NCBI GenBank assembly: GCA_050011235.1
Contig: JBEKJN010000002.1
Span: 1 to 34,081, forward strand
Direction: 5' to 3'
Source: Verrucomicrobiota bacterium
Lineage (GTDB): Bacteria > Verrucomicrobiota > Verrucomicrobiia > Limisphaerales > UBA11358
Length of the DNA: 34,081 nucleotides
Positions within the stretch are counted from its first letter, which is position 1. Each line of letters opens with the position of its first letter. The notes below the pieces were generated by a model. It was not told the origin of the DNA. It was given only the letters and a program-made list of their open reading frames with translations, and did no database searches. A program made the translations under genes and the position numbers. Shown here piece by piece: positions 32,874 through 34,081 of the stretch.

Positions 32874-32938
32874 TCTTAATCCTGCTCTTAATCACAATAG
32901 TTGGACGAAGCAGATTAAGATGACGATGACGATTAAGA
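32874..32938. repeat. four copies of the octamer TCTTAATC in two-direct plus two-inverted arrangement (operator or nested hairpin)
   Basis: TCTTAATC occurs at 32874-32881 and 32886-32893. Its reverse complement GATTAAGA occurs at 32913-32920 and 32931-32938. Together they can form two nested 8-bp stems. The region also contains the tandem GATGAC GATGAC (32919-32930). It is AT-rich and lies 59 nt upstream of the 32997 ATG. Confidence 0.5.
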
Positions 32939-32996
32939 ATAGGATAAAACGAATTTTGACGCGGACTGTCTATTACATTAGCGTATAAGCCTGAAA

Positions 32997-34058
32997 ATGA
33001 ATTTTCGTCCGGTAGCTTTCAGAATGCCGTTGTTGGCCGGGGCGTTGGCGGCGGTGTTCTTGTCCGCCGCAGCGCAGAATGGCGCGCCGCCATCGAGCAA
33101 GGCCATCATCTTTTCCGCGCCCGCAGGGGAAAATGCCGCATCCAATGCGCCGTCGCTCTCGCCACGACTTTCTGACCGGCCGGATTTCGCCAACGAGCTG
33201 CGGGCGCCGGTGTCGGTTTTCGATGCTCAAGGTCCAACCCCACCGTTGCCCGCCCCCTCACGCGCGCCCATGCTTTCGAGCGCCGAGGCACAGCGGCTGC
33301 AAAAAATGCTGGACGAGCGGGAAAACTGGGCGCTGATGACGCCGGAGGAAATTCTTGGTGTGGACACGTCCAGAAACACTCTCCGAACGCCGGAACAGGA
33401 AGCCGCCGATAATCAAAAAAATTTGACCGTCGTTGAGCGTTTTTTGGAGCGACAACGGCAATCGCATACGGCGGTCACCAACGGATATTACAGCGGCAAT
33501 TTCTCATCGGGCAGGGATTTTTCGCGGAACCAGGGCGGGTTGACAAACGGGAGTCCCTCCGATCCTGCGCGCATCGGGTTGCCTGCCGCGGCGCAAATTT
33601 TGGATCGGTTTTTCAACAACACGCCGGCCAACAACCAGTTCGCGGGACAAAACGAAAACCGAAGCGCGGGCTGGTTCACATCGCTCGGCCTGCCCCCGCA
33701 ACCGGCAGCGCCAACTCCGGAGCAACTGGCGGAGAGGGAGCGGTTCAGCCAATTGCTGAATCCGGGTTCGTACTCCGACACGACGGCAAAGTCCGCGCCG
33801 GGTGGCAAATTCCTTTCCTCGCTGCAACCGTTTTCGGACACGACACCCAATCAAACGCCGATGGTGAATCCGGTGGGAGCTTCGTTCGCGCCGCTGAACA
33901 GCGGGATTGGCAGGCCGGCGGGTTTGACGCCTTTGCCGGGCATTACTGGTCCTACCAACTGGCAATCGTCCACCGCCCCCCCGGCTTGGGCGCCGCAACC
34001 GCCGCCGTGGTTGTCGCAGACGCCGCAGCCTTTTACCATGCCGCAACGAAAATTCTGA
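32997..34058 (+). CDS. secreted low-complexity Pro/Ala/Gln/Ser-rich protein, function unknown
   Basis: Signal peptide MNFRPVAFRMPLLAGALAAVFLSAAAQ is followed by proline-rich low-complexity sequence. One short charged helix-like block is present (SSAEAQRLQKMLDERENWALMTPEEILG). The C-terminus is APPAWAPQPPPWLSQTPQPF. No family recognised. The strong compositional bias means the coding call rests mainly on ORF length and the signal peptide. Confidence 0.55.
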   Translation: MNFRPVAFRMPLLAGALAAVFLSAAAQNGAPPSSKAIIFSAPAGENAASNAPSLSPRLSDRPDFANELRAPVSVFDAQGPTPPLPAPSRAPMLSSAEAQRLQKMLDERENWALMTPEEILGVDTSRNTLRTPEQEAADNQKNLTVVERFLERQRQSHTAVTNGYYSGNFSSGRDFSRNQGGLTNGSPSDPARIGLPAAAQILDRFFNNTPANNQFAGQNENRSAGWFTSLGLPPQPAAPTPEQLAERERFSQLLNPGSYSDTTAKSAPGGKFLSSLQPFSDTTPNQTPMVNPVGASFAPLNSGIGRPAGLTPLPGITGPTNWQSSTAPPAWAPQPPPWLSQTPQPFTMPQRKF

Positions 34059-34081
34059 GCGCGGTCAGTGCGCCGAGGTGA

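Noticed and set aside
1-34081. Genome-wide reassignment of TAG to a sense codon (or pyrrolysine)
   Set aside because: TAG terminates two proteins at natural-looking C-termini: the YfhO-like protein after its last TM helix plus basic tail, and the LamG protein after FYRVVELP. No pyl genes or tRNA are visible here. Ordinary point mutation or base-call error explains the two internal TAGs more simply.
1-34081. Search for CRISPR arrays, tRNA/rRNA genes, transposases, integrases and toxin-antitoxin pairs
   Set aside because: Scanning the intergenic regions by eye showed no regularly spaced direct repeats and no tRNA-like T-arm (GGTTCGAATCC-type) motifs. None of the ORFs has recombinase, transposase or nuclease hallmarks.

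Overview
High-GC bacterial chromosomal window. Hand-counted 60-nt lines give about 65-67% GC in core genes. The content looks like a Verrucomicrobiota/Planctomycetota-type genome. That is an inference from Tat-signal glycoside hydrolases, a LamG 'IYNRALS' surface protein ending in FYRV, and an 'NNLRQIDAAKQ' motif protein.

Layout:
(1) 1-7500: a minus-strand glycoside-hydrolase operon, GH3 (with an N-terminal malectin-like module) -> GH31 -> GH29. The GH29 gene is interrupted by one in-frame TAG.
(2) 7707-8468: a NIF3-family gene.
(3) 8.6-29.4 kb: a multi-operon surface-glycan (O-antigen/EPS-like) biosynthesis cluster of about 21 kb. It holds a B12-binding radical SAM enzyme, a CDP-hexose module (rfbF, RmlC-like cupin, SDR), a UDP-GlcA/UDP-Xyl module (UXS-like, Ugd), another SDR epimerase, three GT2, one GT4, three methyltransferases (zinc-ribbon class I, FkbM, class I-like), a 970-aa YfhO-like GT-C membrane protein and a Wzx/MOP flippase. 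Embedded in it is a lower-GC patch (about 22.3-24.75 kb, 45-50% GC) with a decayed LamG-domain gene (in-frame TAG plus a frameshift in a G7 run). That gene is bracketed by two diverged copies of the same gene 3' end.
(4) 29.6-32.8 kb: an NfeD-SPFH(stomatin) pair, a low-GC membrane protein and an FmdB zinc-ribbon protein.
(5) 32.87-32.94 kb: an AT-rich intergenic region with four copies of an 8-mer in inverted-pair arrangement, followed by a Pro/Gln/Ala-rich secreted protein.

I saw no rRNA, tRNA, CRISPR array, transposase or integrase. Nothing here is an unmistakable new system. The best novelty candidate is the glycan cluster: B12-rSAM plus several methyltransferases plus a YfhO-like GT-C, with no recognisable priming transferase, Wzy or Wzz in the window. 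Many long ORFs in the track are antisense shadows of real genes, as expected at this GC content. The track also prints TTG/GTG starts as M, so several starts were re-picked by hand.
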